From: Leucoraja ocellata
Taxonomy: Eukaryota
Length of the DNA stretch: 64,000 nucleotides
Reading direction: 5' to 3'
Assembly: GCA_036785375.1 (NCBI GenBank)
Contig: JAWMAR010000070.1
Span: forward strand, 3,906,001 to 3,970,000
Below are positions 48,373 to 62,250 of this stretch, in pieces. A program made the translations under genes and the position numbers. The number at the start of each line of letters is the position of its first letter. Within the stretch, counting starts at the first letter, position 1. The notes below the pieces were generated by a model. It searched no databases, was not told the DNA's origin, and worked only from the letters and a program-made list of their open reading frames with translations.

Positions 48373-51300
48373 CCTCCTCCCAAAAGACGTGTGGGTTTGT
48401 TGGTTAATGGGCCTCTGTAAATAAAATGCCACTAATATGCAGGGAGTAGGTGAGAAAGTGGAATAACACAGAACAAATGCGAACCTGTGCTCAATAGCTG
48501 ACCTGGACTCGTTGGTCTGAATGGCCTGTTTCTATATTTTTTAAACTGAAACTATAGGTTAGTGCAGGATAGTGGTTCGTGCAGGATAGTGAGGCTGGGA
48601 TAAAAGATCAGCCATGATTCCATTCAGTGGCTCATTAGGTCCAAAGGGCCAAACTATCTACTCCCGCTTCTAATTCTTCTGGTCTTATTTTCTCAGAACT
48701 ATATGCGCTGTGCGGTATGATTTTAGGCACAGTGCTGCTGGTTGTTATTTTTCACCAATAAAGGAAGTTTGATTCGATGTTCCACACTGTTACCATTTCT
48801 CAGAAGTAACACACAAGAGAACGCACACAACCGACAAGATGATTCGGCGCTTATATCCTCTTGCTCCGCCCTGTAGACTTTACTTCACTTAGAGATTCAA
48901 GAAAGATATTCAAGAGAGAGTTAGATGTAGCTCTTAGGGCTAACGGTATCAATTAATATTGGGAGAAAGGAGGAACGGGGTACTGATTTTGGAAGATCAG
49001 CCATGATCATGTTGAATGGCGGTGCTGGCTCAAAGGGCCGAATGGCCTACTCCTGCACTTATTTTGTTTCTATCTATGTAAAGATGCAGCGGGGAAACAG
49101 ACCCTTCGGCCCAGCGAGTCCACGCCTACCAGCGATCAACCCGTACACTAGCCCTTTCCTACAAACTCGGGACAATTTACATTTTTTTTCAGAAGCCATC
49201 AAATTCTATGTCCATGGTGTGTGGGAGGAAACCGGAGCTCCCGGAGAACCCCCACGCAGTCACAGGTAGAACGTACAAACTCCGTAGAGACAGCACAACT
49301 TGCAGCAACTGACCGGAACACCCTTCACGACTGCAGCACTCCTGGCAGTTGAGAAACCTTACCCAAATATAATCTGTCCTAGACCTAATTAGAAGAATTG
49401 AAAGAGAGACAATGTGGCTAATATTACCAGGGATGACATTAAATCTTAAACTGTGCTCTGCAGTTATGGTCAGGCATGATGACACACTTGCTTCAACAGC
49501 TGGCGATGGCATGAACAGCTGATGCAATCGTGGATTTTCATCACTGTTCAAAGGAAGTAGATAAAGGGGAACTGAAAACTGGAGGAGACGGTTGAGTTGC
49601 CACAGAGACTGCTGAAATTAAACCAAGGTTCAAATTGAGGGGAAACATCTGTTGGGTTGCTTAAGCTGGTTAATAATATTAGGAACTGATGCAAAGTGTT
49701 ACAGTAAAATTGAAAGTCTATAAGGCATTATTGTGTGCAGCAAACGTGATATCTTATACTACCTCAGGGTGACTAAAGTCATCCCCTTTGCTACACCGTG
49801 GCGCAGCGGGAGAGCTGCTACCTGACAGCGCCAGAGACCAGCGTTAAATCGTGACAACGGGTGCTGTCTGTACACAGTCTGTACGTTCTCCCCGTGACAT
49901 CCATTGGTTTTCTCTGGGATCTCCGATACCCCCCCCCCCCCCCCCCCAAGAAGTACAAGTTTGCAGGTAAATGAGCTTCGGTAAATATTGTAACCTGTCC
50001 TTCGTGTATAGTATAGTGCTAGTGTACGGGGATCACTAGCCGGTGCGGGCCTGTTACCACGCTGTATCTCCAAACTTAACTCAACTAACCGTATAGGCCT
50101 ATTTCCTTCGCTCCATAGATGCTGCTGCACCCGCTGAGTTTCTCCAGCTTTTTTGTGTAACCGTATAGGTTTGTAGGTTAATGAGCTTCGGTAAAGATGG
50201 TAAATTGTCCTTAGGGTGTAAAATAGTGCTGGTGCACGGGAATCGCTGGTAGGAGCGGGCTTGGTGGGCCGAAAGGCCTGTTTCCGCGCTGGATCTTTGA
50301 ACCAAACTAAACTAAACTAAACAGAAAATTGCTTCCAATATTTTTGCTTCTGTTTCAGATATCCTTCATCGGTTTATGTTCAGGTCCCTGCTAGCTAACC
50401 GATACTCTACATACGATGTGAGTGTAAATACCGTATTTAAAGATATAAAGTCATCTTTACATGAATAGACACATTTTCATGCAATGGTGATCATTTGTCT
50501 TTCTAATTTCTTACTGTCTTTCTGGTAATATTCAAGGATTTGTGTAAAAGAATACCCAACTCTTTCCACACAACAATACTTTAATCCATCACCATCTAAT
50601 AAATACACCACCCTTCAATATTTGCCACCAACGTGGATAAGTTCACATCTTCCACATTCTTTTTCACCCATTCTGTTTGCCTGTCTCCATCCCCTTGAAG
50701 TCTCCCAATAACCTCCCCATACCTATTCTGCCGGATAATACACCTGATCAAGTTACAATCCTAACATATCCATTTTATAAATCAAATGCCCTTTAATAAC
50801 CTTGTGCCATCTTATAAAATGCTATCTTAAAGTCCAAATCAGAACCTTTGGTTTCCACTTTTTTTGCCCTGCGCTTTAAAACTCTAACCATTGACAGAGT
50901 AAATGAACATATCCTTTTATTCAGAGTTAAAGAGGATCAAGAACCAGAGGACGTATATTGCCAAACGTCAAGACCATAACTTTTTCCAAAACTCCTCCCC
51001 TATACTTATCGTTTCCCGCTCTGATTTTAAATGTGTCATCTCTCAAATTGTATTTCGCTACATTGGAGCTATGTTTAAACAATTGCACGGTTACCAGCTG
51101 CTGTAGAACCTTTTACTCTGTTAACCCCTGTTCAATGCATTCAAATTACTGTAATTATTTTTATAACGATCAATGAATAATAATGTATTACAATGCTTCT
51201 TAATAAACTGTTGTCAATGAAGTGTTTGTCTCATTTGTATTGTTTTGACTGTAACTTTATTGATGAAGAACATTCTGCATTCAGACTGCTGGATATTCAT

Positions 51301-52827
51301 CCTGCTGACAATCGTTAAGGACGTTTAACAAAGGCAATCAATTACTATTTTGGACTATGGTATCCCGTCAGAACAATATGATGCCACGACCTTGTTCTGA
51401 ATATTAACATTATGTTTCTCTCCACAGATGCTGCCTGACACGCTGAGCACATTTAATATCTCAGGATTTTAAGTACGATATGCAATTGATGTTTGTTTTG
51501 TTTTGGCTGAGTGATTGAAAGACACAACAAGGGTATAGAACATTTGGACCACCGAGTCCACATCAACCAACAATCAACCATTTCACGCTAGTTCTACGTC
51601 CTTTGAGTTCAGTAATATAGACTTTAAAAAAATATTGCTGCAACGAGTTATTCAATTTGTCCACAGAGGAGTTGAAGGACTGTAAATAGTGGAAAGTCTA
51701 TTCGTGTGCAGAACAAAATGGTTGACTTGACTTTGCAAAGGGCGGGGTGTGAAACGACAAACACATTATGTTGCTTTCCTCAGTCTAACTTGTGACTGCA
51801 ACCCCGCCCATGAAAGTACTATGAAAGATGTTGCTTGCAACATGTAGACCTGCAATAATGGAGTCACGACCATAAAGTTCGGTTAGAGTCAAAGATTGCT
51901 TCGGGTAAAATCCTTCACTGACAAAGATAAATGTTCTTTACACAGTAAACGACGAGACGCGGAATTTACATTTATACACTAATCAAATATTTACAAAGCC
52001 ACACAAAAAGAGAGAGAAACAAATGTAAAAGAAAAACCCCTCACTATACAGTATCTGTATCTGCAAAGTGAAGTGAAAAAGCCCTCACGATACAGTAACC
52101 ATCAATATGTACAGTACAGAATCTCTTAGTCATATATACAACCCATCACCCTTCCCAATACAATCAGTATAACAAACATCCCACTTAAATTACAAATGTA
52201 ATTTCTCTACCCTGTTTCCCACTTTGATCTACGTGCTGTGGCATCTTTAGACAAACATCTGCACTGTCCATTACAGCGCTCATTTTAATATACAACGCGT
52301 GAATATTAGGGAATATTAGCCCTTCGCTTCAAATAATATAAAGTCTATTTATATTTAGAACAAACCGGTTGAGTGCAGTTTGTTGCGGTTTGCATTGATG
52401 AACTACAAACTACAAATATGTGTTATATTTCTCAGTCCGACTTGTGACTGTAACTCCGCCCATCAATGAACTACGTCCATAAGTTCATAGATCTTGGAGC
52501 AGAATTTGGGCGATTCAGCCCATCAAGTTATCTCCGCCATTCAATCCTGGCTGATCTTTCCCTCTCAACCCCATTCTCCCGCCTTCTGTCCATAACCACT
52601 GGCACGCGTTAGGACAGAATAGAGGATTGTATCAAGTAAAATACCCCACTGACAGAGAGGAATGTGATATAAAGTCCTTCACATAGTAAGCGGGGAGACG
52701 AGAAAATGAGAGCAGGGGCCCAGCTTTGAACTCACAAACCGCCAGATCAGTGATATCGGAGGGGTGCTGAATAGCCAGAGATACCTTTGTAGATTATGCG
52801 GTCACACTAATGCCACATAACCTGTTC

Positions 52828-53135
52828 ATAGAAACATAGAAACATAGAAATTAGGTGCAGGAGTAGGCCATTCGGCCCTTCGAGCCTGCACCGCCATTCA
52901 ATATGATCATGGCTGATCATCCAACTCAGTATCCCGTACCTGCCTTCTCTCCATACCCCCTGATCCCCTTAGCCACAAGGGCCACATCTAACTCCCTCTT
53001 AAATATAGCCAATGAACTGGCCTCAACTACCCTCTGTGGCAGAGAGTTCCAGAGATTCACCACTCTCTGTGTGAAAAAAGTTCTTCTTATCTCGGTTTTA
53101 AAGGATTCCCCCCTTACCCTTAAGCTGTGCTTATC
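52828..53135 (-). mobile_element. CR1 3' end with (CTATGTTT)n tail
   Basis: FFTQRVVNLWNSLPQRVVEA..GIRGYGEKAGTGY, nearly identical to 26860-27150. Confidence 0.9.
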
Positions 53136-54850
53136 CTTAAGCACTCGAGCTTATTAATGGTCTAATGGGAGGAATTAACTTGAATTTGAGCTTTTCCCTA
53201 CTGCAAGACGTTCCAAAGTGCCTCACAAATATTGAGAGATAAACAGTCTGAGATGTCACAGAGAGACAGACACAAGATACTGGAGCAACTCCGCGGGATA
53301 GGCAGTGTCAGTGGAGAAAAAGAATGTTGTTTTTAGTGGTGGGTTCTGGCTAGGAATGTACTTTATGTTCAAACAGCCATTTCTTTACACGGAATTGTTC
53401 TGACAGTGCTGACACATTGATGTAGCTCCTGAAACAAAGATGTGTAGATTCGCATCTCTGAACCGCATCTTGCGAGCAGCTCTTTGCAATACTGACTGTT
53501 GAGCAGTGTTTGGAGAAGCCATGGGACAAAGCAGAACGAGAATTAAAATTAATTGATTTGCAGCATCGTCGGTTCATTTCTCCAACGTGTTTCGTAGGAC
53601 AAGTAAAGAGGAAATCGCTCCCAACAACAGATCCTTTACTGAGGGTCGCCAGCGCTCAGCTAACATCAGTGGCGGACACATCAGTGTGTTACGCCCATAC
53701 CACGTGATGCACAACATTGCCACAGATGCACACAACCCGAATAAACTGCACTGTTCCCCTGAAAGTAACACACCCAGAACGATAGCCCGCAGCAGATATT
53801 AGATATATTATAATGCAATTATTTGCGTTCAGATTGAAATTAATCGATGCAAGCAGGTGAACAAACTCAGTAATGACAGGTACATCGACACAACCCTGAT
53901 TATTTATTAGCTCTGCATTGCAAAGAAGACAAGTTAACAAATCTATTCACCGTGCACATTCCACATTGCTTTAACTTCACTAAGTGTATCACTTTGCCCT
54001 TGTTTGAGTTACATTACACATGTCAGTTACATTCCACATCCCGCTTTCCCAGCTGATCTCCATCCTGTGGTAATTCCAGACAAACTTCTTCACAGTCCAC
54101 TACACCATTAATTGTCATTTTCAAAACGTGAATATCATGACATTAGTGTTTCAAAGTTTGAATTGAAGAGTCCAAGCAGAGAGGAGAGGGACAAACGCCA
54201 ATTAACCTCAGCTGGTTACAGGTGAAAAGCCCCTACTTCCTAACGCCAGCTTCCTGTTTTGCCCCTTGTGAACAGCAATATGCCAAAACAAAAGTTCAAA
54301 TTATTATATTTTTGATCTGCCGGTCCACTTACAAAATCATCAATAGGGAATGATCCGGAAGTGTACACATCTTAGACGTTTCTACTCTTCTAAATGTCAT
54401 ATTTCATCCAAAGTATCATAGTTTACATGAGAGGTCCCGACCCGAAACGTCACCTATCCATTTTCTCCAGATGTGCTGCCTGGCCCGCAGACTTGCTCCT
54501 GCATTTTCTGTCTATCAATATTTCCACCACAGTTCAGTGTTAACAGACTGAGTACAGAGATGACCGGCGCTCCATCCTTACGGATACATCACACTTGACG
54601 AAGTGGTTGAAGCAGCCGCAATAACAACATGTAACGGGCAATTGGACAGGTCCGTGGATAGGGAAGGATTGGGGAGATATGGGTCGAGCGTTGGCAAATT
54701 TGACCAACTTAGATGAGCATATTGGTTTAACGCGTTGGGGAGATGGGCCTGTTTCCCGCTGTATGACTCTGTGATCATCTGACCCAACCATTTGTTAAAT
54801 ATAACCCTGAGCCTTTCACACTACATCGTGCCGAGTTGCTACTGGCTCGC

Positions 54851-54889
54851 TGTGGTTCACGATGTGACTTCCTGTTCCCTTCTTAGTCA
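54851..54889 (+). promoter_or_regulatory. Gene E proximal RUNX (TGTGGTT) + ETS (ACTTCCTG) + AP-1-like (TTAGTCA) motifs
   Basis: 54851-54857, 54867-54874 and 54883-54889; positions conserved in the A and B promoters. Confidence 0.45.
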
Positions 54890-54977
54890 TTGCTATTTGA
54901 GAGATGCGATTGTATCTGAGAGCTCAGACCTGAGCGACAGACAGACAAGTGCTGGCCTCGTCACTGCGGATAAAACA

Positions 54978-55014
54978 ATGTGGATTCCCATTCTTCTCAT
55001 CGCCTCGCTACCCG
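54978..55014 (+). CDS. Gene E leader exon (MWIPILLIASLP)
   Basis: 37-bp ATG exon, G|GTGAGT donor. Confidence 0.88.
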
Positions 55015-55920
55015 GTGAGTGAAAGTCAGATCTTGATAATCCAATGATCAATGTTAGTTGGGGTCCCGTGCACCCTTTCTACAGCAGAGATGGTTAAGTG
55101 TGTGTAGACATGTAATGGGGGAGATGGAACTCAGTGCATTGTGGTGATGAATCTGAAATCACATTTGAATATCTAGACTATGTTCGTAGTTTAACCACCG
55201 GTAACACGTGGTCTAATTGCATCCTGATGGTAGTTTATCGGCATAAAATAGCGAATTAATTTGCAGCAGATACTCCAAGACACCTGGACCGAAGGATAGA
55301 GGTTCTAACATCACCAGGAAGTTAATTCTACACTAACAAAATGTGTTTACAACAGAGGTGGAAGTCAGGATTGATGTCTCATTGTGTCAGTTCAAATATT
55401 CCCTGCATTTGTCCAACTCAACTCTGTCGTAAACCCAACAATTCCCCGGAGTCTGAGACTGAACCACTGTCCTCGCTCTATCCACCCACTCCCAACTCTC
55501 TCTCCATCCGCTCTCGGATCCGCGGCCCAGTCGTGCTGAAATCCAAGTTCAGTTTATTGTCACGTGGACCGAGTTACAGAGAAAAGCATTTTGTTGCGTG
55601 CTAACCTGCCAGATACATGATTACAGTCGATCCCCTTACAGCGCTTAGATACATGAATGGGAAATAACGTTTAGTGTAAGGTAAAGCCAGCAAAGTCCGA
55701 TCAAGGGTAATCCGAGGGTCACCAAAGAGGTAGATAGTTGAGCACTGCTCTCTGGTTATGGTAGGATGATACCGATGTCTGATAACAGCTGGGAAGAAAC
55801 TTTCCCCGAATCTGGCCGTTTGCGTTTTCACGCCAATAACGCTCTCCGGTAATGGACCCGCTTTTTTGTAACTCGGCCTCTGTCAGGGCGTTGTAAAAGC
55901 ATTGGCGGCGGTGAATGTCT

Positions 55921-56167
55921 AAACACGGGTCGGCTTTCCGCGTCCGGGTGGTACTAGAGAATGACTAGGCGCTGTCCACGGGCACCTGGGGGATTTCCGG
56001 GACATCTGGGCACCGCCTGGGGTTGAATTCATCCTTGACAAGTATAGTCGTTTATTTAGAATATTTGTTTGTCTTGTATTATGGTGTTCGGTTCTTGTTT
56101 TATTGTAGTGTAAATATTATTTTTAATAATTGAATAAATAATTAGATAATTTAAAAAAACACGGATC
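55921..56167 (+). mobile_element. Tx1-like 3' fragment with TSD
   Basis: AAACACGGGTC 55921-55931 and AAACACGGATC 56157-56167. Confidence 0.68.
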
Positions 56168-56580
56168 CGGCCCTGTGTCGGTTGAGAGATGAATGTTGGC
56201 AGCGTAGCCGACGGCATCGCCAATGAAATAGCAAAGTGGGGTCTTTCTGTGGGGTGAGAGGCCCGGCACCGCCTGGGATTGTTGAAAGGCAGCTCCTGCA
56301 ACACTGCCGCGCTCCGTTAGTACCGCACTGCGATCCCAGCCCAGTTTCTGCTCAGGGATCTGGAGTGGGAAGTGAACCCTAATTGTACTGACCCGGGGAC
56401 AGAACACTGACACAACTGGTACAATAACAGCACTGCCTGCACTTCAGACCGGAGACATTGGCCGTGAAGCAATATGGCACATCATTGAATGATTTAAGTT
56501 TTCTTTCATGGAATCTTCAATATGTGTCTATTTCCATTAAACAGTTAATTTTCTCTCGATCTGAATTTTTCTCCGCTCAG

Positions 56581-56901
56581 TTTCAGGTGCAGTGTGGGCA
56601 AAGAGGGAGGTAAGAGGAGTTGTGGGAAGAGCGATCACAATCGATTGTCACTATGCAGCAGAGTACCGCTCACACACAAAATACTGGTGCCGTGGGAGGA
56701 GTCTCCAATGCACAGTGTTGGTGGAAACAAATGAGCAACACGAACGGAATGGAAGAGTGTCAATCACAGATAACCCGGCACGAGGAATATTTACTGTGAC
56801 TGTGGACGATCTTCAGGATGGAGATACAGGATGGTACAGATGTGGAATTACAGCATCTGCCGACCATCCAATATTTAACGTTTATCTCGAAGTATCTGAC
56901 G
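56581..56901 (+). CDS. Gene E exon V1: CD300/pIgR-type Ig V domain
   Basis: 321-bp open phase-1/1 exon; KYWCRGRSLQC..ITASADHPIF. Confidence 0.92.
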
Positions 56902-57214
56902 GTACGTTTCGCAGCGATTGACTTGACGTCTCCAGCAGAAAGACAATACAGGATTACAATCTATCCTCTTACAGCACATAGATACATGAAAATTAAATAC
57001 CGTTTAGTGTAAGGTAAAGCCAGCAAAGTCCGATCAAGGGTAGTCCGAGGGTCGTCAAAGAGGTAGATGGGAGTTCAGGACAGATCTCTGGATGTGGTAG
57101 GATGATTCAGATGCCTGATAACAGCTGTGAAGAAATTGCTTCCGAATCTGGCGGTGTGCGATTTCACGCTCGTAACGCTCTCCGGTAAGGGACCTGGAGG
57201 CGGGTGGTGAGTGA

Positions 57215-58090
57215 GCGAGTGGTGAGTGGGCGAGTGGTTGTGCCAGTGGTCAGATGCGTGGCAGATGAAGTTTAATGTGGATAAATGTGAGGTTATCCAC
57301 TTTAGTAGCAAAAGCAGGAAGGCAGATTATTTTCTGGATGGTGTCAGGTTGGGGAAAGGAGAAGTACAATTAGATCTGGGTGGTCCTTGTTCATCACTCA
57401 CTGAAATAAAGCATGCAGGTGCAGCAGGCAGTGAAGAAAGCTAGTGGCATGTTGACCTTAATAACACGATGATTTGAGCACAGGAGCAAAATAGTCCTTC
57501 TGCTGTTGTACATGGCCACTGTGAGACCACACCTGGAATATTGGGTGCAGTTTTGAACTCCAAATTTGAGGAAGGACCTTCTTGCTATTGAGGGATATAA
57601 ACATATAAGATTATTAAGGGATTTGACACGCTAGAGGCAGGAAACAGTCTGAAGAAGGGTTTCGGCCCGAAATGTCGCATATTTCCTTCGCTCCATAGAT
57701 GCTGCTGCACCCGTTGAGTTTCCCCAGCATTTTTGTGTACCTAACATGTTTCCGATATTGGCGAGTCCAGAACCAGGGGGCCACAGATTAAGAATAATGG
57801 ATAGGCCATTTAGAACGGAGATGAGGAAAAACTTTTTCAACCAGAGAGTTGTGAATCTGTGGAATTTTCTGCCTCAGACGGCAGTGGAAGCCGATTCACT
57901 GGGTGCATACTTTTGAGTTAGATAGAGCTATTTGGGCTGGCGGAATCAAGGGATATGGGGAAAGGCAGGAACGGGGTACTGATTGTGGATGATCAGCCAT
58001 GATCACATAGAATGGCGGTGCTGGCTGGAAGTGCTGAATGGCATACTCCTGCACCTATTGTCTACGCATCTATGTATCTATGTATGTATC
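57215..58090 (+). mobile_element. Degraded CR1 3' fragment with a nested Penelope-type short repeat (57646-57742)
   Basis: WQMKFNVDKCEVIHF motif, CR1 3' UTR and TATG tail. Confidence 0.8.
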
Positions 58091-58570
58091 TACAGTTCCA
58101 TGTGTCTCCAACTCTCATATGGAAAAGTAAGGCCAATCAAAACTTGAGCAACAGAACATTACACCCGTGAGAGAAACTGGGCGCAGTGGTTTCCTGATGA
58201 CTGTTTTCGGGTGTTACTTTTGTATTTGAACTGAACGCTACAGTTGTTAACGACTCGCGAATAGATTCAGATTCTGTTGAGAAAAGGAAATAAAAGTCAA
58301 TTAAAGATAGACAAAAAAAAAGCTGGAGTAACTCAGCGGGACAGGCAGCATCTCTGGAGAGAAGGAATGGGTGAAGTTTCGGGTCTGAGCATGGGTCTCG
58401 GCCCTAAACGTCAGGTAGGGAGAGTTAGATGCAACTCCAAATGATAGCGGCGCTAGGGGGTATATGGTAAGTTAGGAACGGGGTACTGATTGTGGATGAT
58501 CAGCCATGACCATAGTGAATGTCGGTGCTGGTTCGAAGGGCCGAATGGCCTACTCCTGCACCTATGGTCT

Positions 58571-58680
58571 CTTATCTTTTGATCTGCTTTATTGTAACCC
58601 GTCCGTCCTCTGTCCTCAGTCAGGGCGTTGTAAAGGCGGTGAATGTCTAAACACGGGTCCGGCCCAGTGTCGGTTGAGAG
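58571..58680 (+). repeat. 110-bp direct repeat, left copy
   Basis: Matches 59955-60064 with 4 mismatches. Confidence 0.92.
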
Positions 58681-59044
58681 CCTGAAGCATGACTTGAGTG
58701 CCTGAACTCCAGGGAGGGATTGAGCAGACTAGGACTTTATTTCTGGGAGAGCAGGAGGATGAGGGATGATCTTACGGCAGCTACAAAATCACGCGACGAA
58801 TAGATCGAGTAAATGCACAGTCTCTTCCGTTTGGAAGCTTATGGGCTAAGCAAGGGCAGGTGGAACTAGTGTGGATGGACATGTTGGCCTGCTTCTACAC
58901 TATATGCCTCTATGACTCTAAGTAGATGGATGGATCAGATTCCAACCAGGCAGCTGTGGCGAAGATACAGAGATGGTGGATATTGGCGAGTGTTTGATTT
59001 TCAGATGTTCACTCAGTGTCTGACTGTTTGCTCCTTTCCCACAG

Positions 59045-59365
59045 AACCCGTGTCTGTTCCTGTGCTTGGGTTTCTGTCACCAGCCAATGTCTCTTGTCTC
59101 GGGGGCTCAGTGACAGTGTCCTGTGAGTCGGTCTGGGGATCCCTTCCCATTAACTACAGCTGGTATGAAAAGACCCCATCTGGGGATTCAAAGATCTCAG
59201 ACAACAATGCCCTGGATCTACATTGTCAATCCTTCAAACACCAGCACCATCAATATTATTGCACAGCCTCAAATCAACATGGATCAAAATCCAGTGAAAT
59301 GGTCAACATGTCCATCTTCAGCAGTGACGTGCCCTGCAGTTTCCTGGTGAAAATCAACGGCACTG
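59045..59365 (+). CDS. Gene E inserted C2b-type Ig exon
   Basis: 321-bp open phase-1/1 exon closely similar to 11850-12170 and 30616-30941. Confidence 0.9.
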
Positions 59366-59954
59366 GTAAGTAGTGGAGGGAATGGGGAGAAGAAGAGGAA
59401 GTGGGGGCGGGGTGGTTCATAGGATAGCGGCAGAAATAGACCATTCAATCATGGCTGGTGTATCTTCCCCTCTTCTCCCCATTCTCCTGCCTTCTCCCCA
59501 TAACCCCCGACACCCTGAAATCCATGCACGTTATTTAATTACGTTATCAAGATTAAAATGATGGCATTATGGCCCATTTGTCAATACTTGGTTGCTGGGC
59601 TCCATAAATAGATTTCCCAGTGCTGGTGTAGACCGGCTTCCCGGCTAGAACTGCCTCTTATGTTCACACAGCTTTAAACTAGGTTTGCAGTGACATCAGT
59701 CCAAGCATTTTCACTTTCCATCATCTCCACATGACCGACACTCAAATATGTGAAGGGATCAGAAATTATCAGTAAATGTGGCCACAATTAACTCCTAGAC
59801 GACGGTATCAGATTTGGTCTACTGTGTTAATGTTGACCATTCAGTACAATCAATACTCATCCCACTTACCAGCACCTCGTCCATTGAGGCAATTCAAGTA
59901 CCTCTATCTTCTCGGTTTAAAAATATTTATTTATACCCTTCAAACATCCTGCTC

Positions 59955-60064
59955 CTTATCTTTTGATCCGCTTTATTGTAACCGGTCCGTCCACTGTCCT
60001 CAGTCAGGGCGTTGTAAAGGCGGTGAATATCTAAACACGGGTCCGGCCCAGTGTCGGTTGAGAG
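59955..60064 (+). repeat. 110-bp direct repeat, right copy
   Basis: Matches 58571-58680. Confidence 0.92.
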
Positions 60065-60460
60065 AAGAATGTTGGCAGCGCAGCCGGCGGCACCGCCAAT
60101 TAAATAGCAAAGTGGGTCTTTCTGTGGGGTGAGAGGCCGGGCACCGCCTGGGATTGTTGAAAGGCAGCTCCTGCAACACAGCCGCGCTCCCTCAGTACCG
60201 AATTGCGATTCCAGCCCAGTTTCTGCTCTGGGATCTGGAGTGGGAAGTGAACCCAAATTGTACTGACCCGGGGACAGAACACTGACACAACTGGTACAAT
60301 AACAGCACCGCCTGCACTTCAGACCGGAGACATTGGGCGTGAAGCAATATGACACATCATGGAACGTTTATGTTTTCTTTCATGTGATCTTCGAAATGTA
60401 TCTATTTCCATTTTACAGTTCATTTGCTCTCCATCTAAAAGTTTTTCCCCTCCATTTCAG

Positions 60461-60775
60461 TTGCAGTTTGGGGGAAGAAGAATGTAACAGGAGATGTGGG
60501 AAGAGCGATCACAATCGATTGTCACTATGCAACAGAGTACAGCTCACACACAAAATACTAGTGCCGTGGGTGGAGTCGCCAATGTACAGATATGGTGGAA
60601 ACTAATGGGCAACACGGACGGAGTGGAAGAGTATCAATCACAGATATACCGGCACTAAGAATATTTACTGTGACTGTGGAGGATCTTCACTCTGGAGATA
60701 CAGGAAGATACATCTGTGGAATTAGAACATCTGCCGCCCATCCAATGTTTTCCCTACATCTCCAAGTATCTGACG
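60461..60775 (+). pseudogene. Gene E V3-position exon with nonsense codon at the invariant Trp
   Basis: KY-TAG-C at 60559-60561 (TGG in all other V exons); distal acceptor CTCAG changed to CTCCA; 315 bp otherwise in frame. Confidence 0.88.
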
Positions 60776-61929
60776 GTACGTTTCGTAGCGATGGACTTGA
60801 CGTCTCCACTGAAATGCTTGATCCATGTTTTCTCCGGGAAGGGTCAGGGCAACACCGATATCCCGAGGCTCCGCAGCAGTGCAGAGACCTGCGGGGAGCG
60901 GGCGGGGGTCGGGAAACCCCACTCATGTTGCTCTCACCCGGTGCGGGCTCTGTCCCACTGAGCGGCCACCCACTTCAAGTGGGATGCTCAGCACATTTCC
61001 CTGCGTCTGAACTGTATGAAATGTCACCCTGTCAGAGGTTTGCATTCCCGCTCAAACTAATAACCCGAGAGATCAGTGAGAGACAAGTGTTGCTCACGGT
61101 CTGAATACCCGGAGAATAATAAACAGGGAATCCGGCCCCAGAGCTCAACAGACTGCGTTCAGTCCACCCGGGGCAGGTCAGCCCCCTGGTCCGACGCTGC
61201 CTGGACAGGACGTGATTGACGCAGGGAGCGATTGGACAAACTCAGACTTCATTCCTTGGTGTGGAAATGATTGAGCGAGGAGCCTATAGAAATGTATCAA
61301 TCACGAGAAGCATGCTCATTTTCCCACGATGTGTGGAATCAAAAAGTGGAGGACGGACGCAATGGGAACTATTTAAAGAGGGGTGGGGGGGGGGGGGGGG
61401 GGGTAGTAAGCTGTCACTTACTGTAATGGCATGTTTTGTACAGGTGAGTGGCCGAAGCTGAACACAATTCGCCCAAGTTCCACCTCAACAACATATGTAC
61501 AACTGAAACATAACATCCCAACTTCTGTTCTGATGGACAACATTGTCCACACATTGGGTGATATTTATATGGAACCTGCTGCCAGAGGAAGTTGTTGAGG
61601 CAGTTAGAAGAACAGCATTTAAAATATTTCTTTGATATTTGCGTAGATTGGGATCATTGCGAGTGATAAGGGAGAAACGTGGACATATGGCTATGGACTA
61701 GAAAGACATGTTGGTCGGCATGAATGAGCTGTTGTGATGGGCATCTTTCGGTTCTCTATAACTCTAACCTTCTTCGGTTTCTGGGCTTCGCACACTCACA
61801 GAGATGTAGATGAGCCGGTGAGATATCAACCGGACGGTTCGGGCTGAGATAAAGGGCTGATGAGATTTAGCATGTGTTTGGTTTTTAACTTTTCATACAG
61901 GTGACTGAATGTTTGCTCCATTCCCACAG

Positions 61930-62250
61930 AACCCGTGTCTGCTCCTGTGCTCAGATATCTGTCACCAGCAAATGCCTCACGTCTAGGAGGCTCAGTGTCA
62001 GTGTCGTGTGAGTCTGTCCGTGGATCCCTTCCCATCCGTTACACATGGTTTGAGAAGAACGAGCATTGGGTTTCAACTACCGTGTATGGCAATCAACTGG
62101 ATCTGAGTTGTGAAATCCTCGCCGGCCAACACCGTCAATATTACTGCACAGCCTCAAATAATCATGGGACAAAATCCAGTGAAAGTCTCAACGTGAAAGT
62201 CTTCAAAGGAGCAGGAACGTGCAGTTATGTGACAGAAATCAACAATGCAG
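61930..62250 (+). CDS. Gene E exon C2a: Fc-receptor-like C2-type Ig domain
   Basis: 321-bp open phase-1/1 exon, paralogue of 16154-16474. Confidence 0.9.
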
